Source of the DNA: Haplodiscus bocki
Lineage: Eukaryota
NCBI GenBank assembly: GCA_965655095.1
Contig: OZ296650.1
Coordinates: forward strand, 91,264,001-91,328,000
DNA: 64,000 nucleotides
Direction of reading: 5' to 3'
Shown here: positions 40,501-52,500 of the stretch, in pieces
How positions within the stretch are numbered: position 1 is the first letter of the stretch
Layout of the letters: each line of letters starts with the position of its first letter
Translations under genes and position numbers: made by a program
The notes under the pieces: model-generated
What the model was told of the DNA's origin: nothing
What the model saw: the letters and a program-made list of their open reading frames with translations, nothing else
Database searches by the model: none

Positions 40501-43500
40501 AGGAAGTGCCTGGAGAAACCGGGATATTCCGTCTCGTTTCCCTGCATGAGTTTTTTTGGCCTGTTGTCTGATTTTTGAAAAATTAATACTCCGCGTGTTT
40601 CTCGGAGGAAATTGGTGGTTGGATTGCGGCCATCTTGTGCTCATTCCAAATCCAGCAAAGTACGAAACCGGCGGAGTAGCTGGAAAGTAGCTCTTTTTTT
40701 GCAGATCTATGTTTTATTTCTTCTTCACTGGATTCTGTTTTTCACGACAATCAATAAAACCATTTTCGTCTGTTGGCTTTTTGTCTCTGCTCTTGCTGAC
40801 TGTAGTCGCAAGTGCCGCTTCGACGACCCTGTGTAGAGTATGAAGTGCCTCTTGTGTAGCAGTATTGTTTCGTAAAACTCGCGGTGAAATAATCAGGAGA
40901 GGTTTTTTGGCCATTTTTTGCCTGCTGTCGCAGAGGCAATTGATGGTTCGAACCATAGCGTAAACTACTAAGCTCATGTTTTGCATTTTTGTTTCTTGAT
41001 ACATGTTGATTCCTGGTTCGTGCTAGCACGGATATAAATAATTGAAGGTGGTAAGTCCAAAATAGTTGAAGGTTGTTCCTTGTGAGGTAGTATCCAGGAA
41101 AAGGTTTGGCCATTTCAAACGTCGGAAAGTTGTTTTTATTAGAGGTTACTTCAACCTGAGTCTTGAGGCTAGGGAGGATGGGCGCAACTTTAGGAGTGGC
41201 TGATGAACTTGAAATGGGGAAACGTTATGAGATCTAATCCGCTGAAGTATGCTGATCTTATCTTTACCATGGCGAAGTTGTGGGGATGCAAGAAGTCACA
41301 AAAATCTAAGAATTCAAAGCTTATTCTAAGGAAGCTTTTCCAACTTGGGTTTTGGAGTTGAGGAGCGAGGCCTTAGTGTTGGAAGTGGACCGACAAGTTT
41401 CAACTGGATTGATTTCTAACAGACAGTAATGTCTGGTCAAACGACCAGTCAATGTCATGCTGTTTGAAGTTTCTGATTACTTTTCCCCTTAAATTAAAAC
41501 GGTAATGGATGGTAGTCGTTACAAACATTCCCGATGCGCGCAAGTTTCTTAAATGGGAGTTCAAAAATTACTCGTGAGTATCAGCCTTGAGCGGCTTTGT
41601 TTGCCAGTGGTATTTTTTTTAATACTTGCTGTTTATGTGGTAACAAATGCTTTGTAGAAGTTGAAATTGGATTGAAATAATCGATGGCCTCATGTCACTC
41701 GCTTACCTCTCCGGGCCTGCTTGAATTGTAGTCACAATGGGGGTGGGGTGATCTATGGAATTTGCTGTAGAAGTTTTTCCCATAAAAATACTTTCAATAC
41801 GAAATTTTACCGCAATTGGTTGCTGGAATTTATTCCGTTTCTAAGCACGCGTCTTGTTGTAGTTGCTCGATGGTTTTTGATTCTTTCATACCACTGGCAA
41901 AACATCAGCTTAATACGGTCCACCTGCGTTTTTTCTCGTTCGTTGGCAATTCGCACAAATTGTATGTGAACTGATTTTAGTCAAAATCAAAGATCTTTTG
42001 GGCTGGTGTTCAATGACGACAGCCATGTGCGCTTGAGTTTTATGATCCTCCGGTTTCGAATCCCACCTCGGTCGAAATTTTGGTCGCTTTTTTCCCTTTC
42101 TCAGAGTTTGGCATCTTCATTGGAAATACGAAATATTTGTTTGAATCGGGAGAGATGTGATCTGCGTTGACGATTCTTTTCGCAAGTTCACTCCAAATTG
42201 AACTTTTCTCGATTCATGGACTATTTTTGCTGAGATTCAATTTTTCATGTTGAGCTTATTCTTTGACCCTTGACGGTGATTTTCGTTACTTTCGCTCGAT
42301 TTCATGCTTCTTTCTCTACGACATCGGTTTCGGTTGGAAATTGACAACGCTATCACCAAAAAAATTTAATCAAGAGTTTGGAAACATCGATAATTATCTC
42401 TAACTTTGTGTACAAGAAGACCTTGTTTCTGGTGTTTCTCTCACTGCTTTCCTCTTTTTGGCCATACGAATAATCTTTTCAGCTACGTTAGGAGTCTACT
42501 TGTGTAGAAAACGTTGATTTTTTGGGAAACGTTCCCAATATCTGAGGTTTTTGTTGAAAGATGTTTTGTTTCCAAAATGGCCAAAATTTAGTCAGTTTCT
42601 CGATTGTCAGAATTTTCAAAATTCTGTTCTGAATGTCAGTTTTTAGCAGCGCGTCCAAAGGAATGAAACGGGCGCAACATGTGCTTTTGAAGATCTGTGG
42701 AGTTTTTTTGGCTTTTTGGTTTTCTGACACATTTTTTTGTGCTATATTTGAACCAGTATTGGCTAAAATTTCATTTTCACCTAAATTTTTGCACCTTCAA
42801 TTTCCTTATTCACTCTCTTCCTCTGGGCCGAAGTAATGTGATGCAGAAGCACAAATACGGATAAGTAGACGAAGAAGTTTTGCAGTTGTTTTTCTGGGAT
42901 TTTTTTGGTTTTGATTTATTTTTCCATTTCTTGATTTGAGTGAAACATTTTCCTGGTTGCGTTCTAATTTTGCTTTTCAGCTACAAGGGCATCAAAATCC
43001 TTTAAGACGGGACATATCCTTACTAAGTGCTAGATTTTTAAATCCGTCTGCTCGAAATTCGTCGTTTTGGGGCTTTCTAATCTGTACATTCAGCTAAACA
43101 TACGATTTTGGCATGCCTTTTCTCGTTGGTCCTGCAAATCATGTTTTTGAATATGACTTCAGCTAATCTCAATAGAAAGTGTTGCAATCTGAAATCTTCT
43201 GGTTTTTGGCGAAGTGATTCTTTTTGCGCTGCCTTTTCAGCATTTTTGTTTCCTGCGTTCGTGAGCATTTCAGCTTATAGTTGTTCTTCTGTTCCCCAAG
43301 TAGGCCCTCTGTCTACATTTGCAGCAAGTACAGTTCAAACTCAATATTTACTGCTAAAAATATCTCGAGTTTAGGAAATGTGAGGTAATCTGCTATTTAA
43401 ACCATAAGAGAGCCTTCTCTGCGCTATAGGGTGCTTATTCTTGCTATTGTTTTCAAGTGAAGTCTGGCAATAAAACAAGTTTTCTGTTTTTATGAAGTTT

Positions 43501-46500
43501 TCATACTTTTTGCTGTCAGAAAAATTTTGCAGTCTTCAACACAAACCCCAGAATTTGTTTTTAGTATGCTCGCCAGTTTCATTTTTTTACTGATGTAAAG
43601 TTCTGTTTCGATAAGTTTTCATATGGCTTTCGAGAGCTTATCGCCGATATCTATACATAGTGCTGTTGCAAATTCTCGGAAGAATGGCGGAATTTCTTGG
43701 GCGAGCATCAGCACCCTATGCTTGGCCTCTGTGCAACACTAGAGACTAGCAAGTCTTAAGGAGTCGTTTCGTCAACCACTTTTTTCATCCGTTCAATACT
43801 TCTCCGTCGCAGAGTGTGCGTTTTTGATAGTGCTGAAATTTGTTCATGTCACGTTGTTACCTTTCAAATTTTTGTTTACTTGCCCCAGTATCAGAGTACT
43901 TATTAAAGAAGACCGCTACGCTGGTCTTATGGAGTTTCAGGGCTCAAATGCTTCCAATTTTCCTCTCGAAAATTTTCAGATTGTAGTTCGAAAATTAAGG
44001 ATGTTTTTATGGTCATCTTTCATTAAGGGTGGTCTTACACAAGACTTTCATTTGGCTTGTATTTTTTCGTCGGTGTTTTGCGCTTGCGCTACCTACCTAG
44101 TGGTCCTGTAGACGGGCAGTGATTAACTTTTCTAACGAAATTTTTTGACTTGGATTTTTTCTGGGGTTGTTCGCGAGATTTGTTTTGCTCAATTACAACT
44201 GCTCGGATTGGGTCCATCTGGTGATGATTCAAGTAGTCGCTGCAGAAGTTTTTGGGCAAGTTACCGGGTAGTTTTGTTTGCAATCATCGCCGATTATACT
44301 CTGAATTTGGTCTTTGAGAAATTAAGGTAATACAACTCAACGTGGCTTGTTAAGTGTTTTTCTTATTATCTGATGGTCCGGCTGGGTCCATCCGGTAGTA
44401 ATTCGAATGTCTGTTACTAGGATTTCCTGGGTTGTTTCATTCCCAACCTTTTTTGTGAAATTTTGCAACTTTTTCTTCCGAAAATGAATATGCACAATCA
44501 AGAATCTGCAGAGAAGGAAAGATGTCTGGTTTCTTACTTTAGCGAAATCTCTCGACTCATGGTTCATGCATAGTTTTGGGATTTTTTTAAATCCAAAATT
44601 TTTGCGTCTCCAAAGTTGTTTTTCTCAAAAACTACTGGTCAGGGTATGTTCCTCCAATCCTCATTCATGATCCTACATTTTGGGAAATGCCAGGAGGAAC
44701 CGGGATGTACCGTCTCGTTTCCCTGCATGAATTTTTTTGGCCTGTTGTCATTTTTGAAAAATTAATACTCCGCGTCTTTCTGGGAGGAAATTGGTGGTTG
44801 GATTGCGGCCATCTTGTGCTCATTCCAAATCCAGCAAAGTACGAAACCGGTGGAGTGGCTGGAAAATAGCTCTTTTTGTGCAGATCTGTGTTTTATTTCT
44901 TCTTCACTGGAATCTGTTTTTCACGACAATCAATAAAACCATTTTCGTCTGTTGGCATTTAGTCTCTGCTCTTGCTGACTGTAGTCGCAAGTGCCGCTTC
45001 GACGACCCTGTGTATAGTATGAAGTGCCTCTTTTGTAGCAGTATTGTTTCGTAAAACTCGCGGTGAATTAATCAGGAGAGGTTTTTTGGCCATTTTTTGC
45101 CTGCTGTCGCAGAGGCAATTGATTGTTCGAACCATAGCGTAAACTAGTAAGCTCAAGTTTTGCATTTTTTTCTTGATACATGTTGATTCCTGATTCGTGC
45201 TAGCACGGATATAAATAATTGAAGGTGGTAAGTCGAAAGTAGTTGAAGGTTGAGATCCTGTTCTTGTGAGGTAGTATCCAGGAAATGGTTTGGCCATTTC
45301 AAACGTCGGAAAGTTGTTTTTATTAGAGGTTGCTTCAACCTGAGTGTTGAGGCTAGGGAGGATCGGCGCAACTTTAGGAGTGGCTGATGAACTTGAAATG
45401 GGGAAACGTTATCAGTTCTAACCCGCTGAAGTATCCTGATCTGATCTTTACCATGGCGAAGTTGTGGGGATGCAAGAAGTCGCAAAAATGTAAGAATTCA
45501 AGGAAGCTTTTCCAACTTGGGTTTTGGAGTTGAGGAGCGAGGCCTTAGTGTTGGAAGTGGACCGACAAGTTTCAACTGGATTGATTTCTAACAGACAGTA
45601 ATGTCTGGTCAAACGACCAGTCAATGTCATGTTGTTTGAAGTTTCTGATTACTTTTCCCCTTAAATTAACGGTAATGGATGGTAGTCGTTACAAACATTC
45701 CCGATGCGCGCAAGTTTCTTAAATGGGAGTTCAAAAATTACTCGTGAGTATCAGCCTTGAGCGGCTTTGTTTGCCAGTGGTATTTTTTTAATACTTGCTG
45801 TTTATGTGGTAACAAATGCTTTGTAGAAGTTGAAATTGGATTGAAATAATCAATGGCCTCATGTCACTCGGTTACCTCTCCGGGCCTTGCTAAAAGTGTA
45901 GCCACAACGGGGGTGGAGTGATCTATGGAATTTGCTGTAGAAGTATGCCCCATAAAAACACTTTCAATACGAAATTTTACCGCAATTGGTTGCTGGAATT
46001 TATTCCGTTTCTAAGCATGCCTCTTGTTGTAGTTGCTCAATGGTTTTTCATTCTTTTATAACAGTGGCAAAACGTCAGCTTGATACGGTCCACCTGCGTT
46101 TTTTCTCGTTCATTGGCAATTCGCACAAAATGTATGTGAACTGATTTTAGTCAAAATCAAAGATCTTTTGGGCTGGTGTTCAATGACGACAGCCATGTGC
46201 GCTTGAGTTTTATGATCGTCCGGTTTCGAATCCCACGTCGGTCGAAATTTTGGTCGCTTATTTCCCTTTCTCAGAGTATGGCATCTTCATTGGAAATACG
46301 AAATATTTGTTTGAATCGGGAGAGATGTGATCTGCGTTGACGATTCCTTTCGCAAGTTCACTCCAAATTGAACTTTTCTCGATTCATGGACTATATTCGC
46401 TGAGATTCAATTTTTCAAGTTGAGCTTATTTTTTGACCATTGACGGTGATTTTCGTTACTTTCGCTCGATTTCATGCTTCTTGCTCTACGACATCGGTAT

Positions 46501-49500
46501 CGGTTGGAAATTGACAACGCTATCATCAAAAAAATTTAATCAAGAGTTTGGAAACATCGATAATTATCTCTAACCTTGTGTACAAGAAGACCTTGTTTCT
46601 GCTGTTTCTCTCACTGCTTTCCCCTTTTTGGCCATACGAAAAATCTTTTCAGCTACGTTAGCAGTCTACTTTTGTAGAAAACGTTGATTTCTTGGGAAAC
46701 GTTCCGAATATCTGAGGTTTTTGTTGAAAGATGTTTTGTTTCCAAAATGGTCAAAATTTAGTCAGTTTCTCGATTGTCAGAATTTTCAAAATTCTGTTCT
46801 GAATGTCAGTTTTTAGCAGCGCGTCCAAAGAAATGAAACGGGGGCAACATGTGCTTTTGAAGATCTGTGGAGTTTTTGTGGCTTTTGCGTTTTCTGACAC
46901 ATTTTTTTGTGCTATATTTGAACCAGTGTTGGCTAAAATTTCTTTTTCACCTAAATTTTTGCACCTTTCATTTCCTTATTCACTCTCTTTCCTCTGGGCC
47001 GAAGTAATGTGATGCAGAAGCACAAATACGGATAAGTAGACGAAGAAGTTTTGCAGTTGTTTTTCTGGGATTTTTTTTGTTTTGAATTATTTTTCCATTT
47101 TTTGACTTGAGTGAAACATTTTCCTGGTTGCGTTCTAATTTTGCTTTTCAGCTACAAGGGCATCAAAATCCTTTAAGACGGGACATATCCTTACTAAGTG
47201 CTAGATTTTTAAATCCGTCTGCTCGAAATTCGTCGTTTTTGGGTTTTCTAATCTGTACATTCAGCTAAACATACGATTTTGGCATGCCTTTTCTCATTGG
47301 TCCTGCAAATCATGTTTTTGAATATGACTTCAGCTAATCTCAATAGAAAGTGTTGCAATCTGAAATCTTCTGGTTTTTGGCAAAGTGATTCTTTTTGCGC
47401 TGCCTTTTCAGCATTTTTGTTTCCTGCGTTCGTGAGCATTTCAGCTTATAGTTGTTCTTCTGTTCCCCAAGTAGGCCCTCTGTCTACATTTGCAGCAAGT
47501 ACAGTCCAAACTCAATATTTACTGCTAAAAATATCTTGAGTTTAGGAAATGTGAGGTAATCTGCTATTTAAACCATGAGAGATCCTTCTCTGCGCTATAG
47601 GGTGCTTATTCTTGCTATCGTTTTCAAGTGAAGTCTGGCAATAAAACAAGTTTTCTGTTTTTATGAAGTTTTCATACTTTTTGCTGTCAGAAAAATTTTG
47701 CAGTCTTCAACACAAACCCCAGAATTTGTTTTTAGTATGCTCGCCAGTTTCATTTTTTACTGATGTAAAGTTCTGTTTCGATAAGTTTTCATATGGCTTT
47801 CGAGAGCTTATCGCCGATATCTATACTTAGTGCTGTTGCAAATTCTCGGAAGAATGGCGGAATTTCTTGGGCGAGCTTCAGCACCCTATGCTTGGCCTCT
47901 GTGCAACACTAGAGACTAGCAAGTCTTACGGAGTCGTTTCGTCAACCACTTTTTTCATCCGTTCAATACTTCTCCGTCGCAGAGTGTGCGTTTTTGATAG
48001 TGCTGAATTTTGTTCATGTCACGTTGTTACTTTTCAAATTTTTGTTTACTTGCCCCAGTATCAGAGTACTTATTAAAGAAGACCGCTACGCTAGTTTCAG
48101 GGCTCAAATGCTTCCAATTTTCCTCTCGAAAATTTTCAATATGTAGTTCGAAAATTAACGATGTTTTTACGGTCATCTTTCATTAGGGGTGGTCTTAAAC
48201 AAGACTTTCATTTGGCTTGCATTTTTTCGTCGGTGTTTTGAGTTTGCGCTACCTACCTAGTGGTCCTGTAGACGGGCAGTGATTAACTTTTCTAACGAAA
48301 GTTTTGACTTGGATTTTTTTTGGGGTTGTTCGTGAGAAATGTTTTGCTCAGTCGCAACTGCTCGGATTGGGTCCATCTGGTGATGATTCAAGTAGTCGCT
48401 GCAAAAGTTTTTGGGCAAGTTACCGGGTGCGTTTGTTTGCAATCATCGCCGATTAATTTCTGAATTTGGTTTTTGAGAAATTAAGGTAATACAACTCAAC
48501 GTGGCTTGGAAAAGGTTTTTCTTATTATCTGATGATCGGGCTGGGTCCATCCGGTAGTAATTCGAATGTCTGTTACTAGGATTTCCTGGGTTGTTTCATT
48601 CCCAACCTTTTTTGTGAAATTTTGCAACTTTTTCTTCCGAAAATGAAGAGTTTTTAACTTGCCCGTTGTTTCTGTTAACGACCACTAGTAATTGTTCTTC
48701 GGACTTCAATTATCCACTTTTCATTTGGAAGACATGCACAATCAAGAATCTGCAGAGAAGGAGAGATGTCTGGTTTCTTACTTTAGCGAAATCTCTCGAC
48801 TCATGGTTCATGCATAGTTTTGGGATTTTTTTAAATCCAAAATTTTTGCGTCTCCAAAGTTGTTTTTCTCAAAAACTACTGGTCAGGGTATGTTCCTGCA
48901 GTTCTCATTCATGATCCTACATCATGGGAAATGCCAGGAGGAACCGGGATGTACCGTCTCGTTTCCCTGCATGAATTTTTTTGGCCTGTTGTCATTTTTG
49001 AAAAATTAATACTCCGCGTGTTTCTCGGAGGAAATTGGTGGTTGGATTGCGGCCATCTAGTGCTGATTCCAAATCCAGCAATGTAAGAAACCGGAGGAGT
49101 AGCTGGAAAGTCCTCTTTTTTGCAGATCTGTATTGTATTTCTTCTTTACTGGAATCTGTTTTTCACGACAACCAATAAAACCACTTTCGTCTGTTGGCAT
49201 TTAGTCTCTGCTCTTGCTGACTGTAGTCGCAAGTGCCGCTTCGACGACCCTGTGTAGAGTATGAAGTGCCTCTTTTGTAGCAGTATTGTTTCGTAAAACT
49301 CGCGGTGAAATAATCAGGAGAGGTTTTTCTGGCCATTTTTTGCCTGCTGTCGCAGAGGCAATTGATTGTTCGAACAATAGCGTAAACTAGTAAGCTCATG
49401 TTTTGCATTTTTGTTTCTTGATACATGTTGATTCCTGGTTCGTGCTAGCACGGATATAAATAAATGAAGGTGGTAATTCGAAAATAGTTGAAGGTTGTTC

Positions 49501-52500
49501 CTTGTGAGGTAGTATCCAGGAAAAGGTTTGGCCATTTCGAGCGTCGGAAATTTGTTTTTATTTGAAGTTACTTCAACCTGAGAGTTGAGGCTAGGGAGGA
49601 TGGGCGCAACTTTAGGAGTGGCTGATGAACTTGAAATGGGGAAACGTTGTCAGTTTTAATCCGCTGAAGTATCTTGATCTTATCTTTACCATGGCGAAGT
49701 TGTGGGGTTGCAAGAAGTCGCAAAAATCTAGGAATTCAAGGAAGCTTTTCCAACTTGGGTTTTGGAGTTGAGGAGCGAGGCCTTAGTGTTGGAAGTGGAC
49801 CGACAAGTTTCAACTGGATTGATTTCTAACAGACAGTAATGTCTGGTCAAACGACCAGTCAATGTCATGTTGTTTGAAGTTTCTGATTACTTTTCCCCTT
49901 AAATTAAAACGGTAATGGATGGTAGTCGTTACAAACATTCCCGATGCGCGCAAGTTTCTTAAATGGGAGTTCAAAAATTACTCGTGAGTATCAGCCTTGA
50001 GCGGCTTTGTTTGCCAGTGGTATTTTTTTAATACTTGCTGTTTATGTGGTAACAAATGCTTTGTAGAAGTTGAAATTGGATTGAAATAATCAATGGCCTC
50101 ATGTCACTCGCTTACCTCTCCGGGCCTGCTTAAAGTGTAGTCACAATGGGGGTGGGGTGATCTATGGAATTTGCTGTAGAAGTTTTTCCCATAAAAACAC
50201 TTTCAATACGAAATTTTACCGCAATTGGTTGCTGGAATTTATTCCGTTTCTAAGCACGCGTCTTGTTGTAGTTGCTCAATGGTTTTTGATTCTTTCATAA
50301 CACTGGCAAAACATCAGCTTAATACGGTCCACCTGCGTTTTTTCTCGTTCGTTGGCAATTCACACAAAATGTATGTGAACTGATTTTAGCCAAAATCAAA
50401 GATCTTTTGGGCTGGTGTTCAATGACGACAGCCATGTGCGCTTGAGTTTTATGATCGTCCGGTTTCGAATCCCACGTCGGTCGAAATTTTGGTCGCTTAT
50501 TTCCCTTTCTCAGAATATGGCATCTTCATTGGAAACACGAAATATTTTTTTGAATCGGGAGAGATGTGATCTGCGTTGACGATTCTTTTCGCAAGTTCAC
50601 TCCAAATTGAACTTTTCTCGATTCATGGACTATTTTTGCTGAGATTCAATTTTTCAAGTTGAGCTTATTCTTTGACCCTTGACGGTGATTTTCGTTACTT
50701 TCGCTCGATTTCATGCTTCTTTCTCTACGACATCGGTATCGGTTGGAAATTGACAACGCTATCATCAAAAAAATTTAATCAAGAGTTTGGAAACATCGAT
50801 AATTATCTCTAACTTTGTGTACAAGAAGACCTTGTTTCTGGTGTTTCTCTCACTGCTTTCCTCTTTTTGGCCATACGAATAATCTTTTCAGCTACGTTAG
50901 GAGTCTACTTTTGTAGAAAACGTTGATTTTTTGGGAAACGTTCCCAATATCTGAGGTTTTTGTTGAAAGATGTTTTGTTTCCAAAATGGCCAAAATTTAG
51001 TCAGTTTCTCGATTGTCAGAATTTTCAAAATTCTGTTCTGAATGTCAGTTTTTAGCAGCGCGTCCAAAAGAATGAAACGGGCGCAACATGTGCTTTTGAA
51101 GATCTATGGAGTATTTGTGGCTTTTTGGTTTTCTGACACATTTTTTTGTGCTATATTTGAACCAGTATTGGCTAAAATTTCATTTTCACCTAAATTTTTG
51201 CACCTTCAATTTCCTTATTCACTCTCTTCCTCTGGGCCGAAGTAATGTGATGCAGAAGCACAAATACGGATAAGTAGACGAAGAAGTTTTGCAGTTGTTT
51301 TGCTGGGATTTTTTTGTTTTGAATTAATTTTCCATTTTTTGACTTGAGTGAAACGTTTTCCTGGTTGCGTTCTAATTTTGCTTTTCAGCTACAAGGGCAT
51401 CAAAATCCTTTAAGACGGGACATATCCTTACTAGGTGCCAGATTTTTAAATCCGTCTGCTCGAAATTCGTCGTTTCTGGGTTTTCTAATCTGTACATTCA
51501 GCTAAACGTACGATTTTGGCATGCCTTTTCTCGTTGGTCCTGCAAATCATGTTTTTGAATATGACTTCAGCTAATCTCAATAGAAAGTGTTGCAATCTGA
51601 AATCTTCTGGTTTTTGGCAAAGTGATTCTTTTTGCGCTGCCTTTTCAGCATTATTGTCTCCTGCGTTCGTGAGCATTTTAGCTTATAGTTGTTCTTCTGT
51701 TCCCCAAGTAGGCCCTTTGTCTACATTTGCTGCAAGTACAGTTCAAACTCAATATTTACTACTAAAAATATCTCGAGTTTAGGAAATGTGATGTAATCTG
51801 CTATTTAAACCATGAGAGAGCCTTCTCTGCGCTATAGGGTGCTTATTCTTGCTATCGTTTTCAAGTGAAGTCTGGCAATAAAACAAGTTTTCTGTTTTTC
51901 TGAAGTTTTCATACTTTTTGCTGTCAGAAAAATTTTGCAGTCCTCAACAGAAACCCCAGAATTTGTTTTTAGTATGCTCGCCAGTTTCATTTTTTTACTG
52001 ATGTAAAGTTCTGTTTCGATAAGTTTGCATATGGCTTTCGAGAGTTTATCGCCGATATCTATACTTAGTGCTGTTGCAAATTCTCGGAAGAATGGCGGAA
52101 TTTCTTGGGCCAGCTTCAGCACCCTATGCTTGGCCTCTGTGCAACACTAGAGACTAGCAAGTCTTACGGAGTCGTTTCGTCAACCACTTTTTTCATCCGT
52201 TCAATACTTCTCCGTTGCAGAGTGTGCGTTTTCGATGGTGCTGAAATTTGTTCATGTCACGTTGTTACCTTTCGAATTTTTATTCACGTGCCCCGATATC
52301 AGAGTACTTATTAAAGAAAACCGCTACGCTGGTCTTATGGAGTTTCAGGGCTCAAATGCTTCCAATTTTCCTCTCGAAAAATTTCATTATGTAGTTCGAA
52401 ACTAAAAGATGTTTTTTATGGTCATCTTTCATTAAGGGTGGTCTTACACAAGACTTTCATTTGGCTTGTATTTTTTCGTCGGTGTTTTGCGTTTGCGCTA

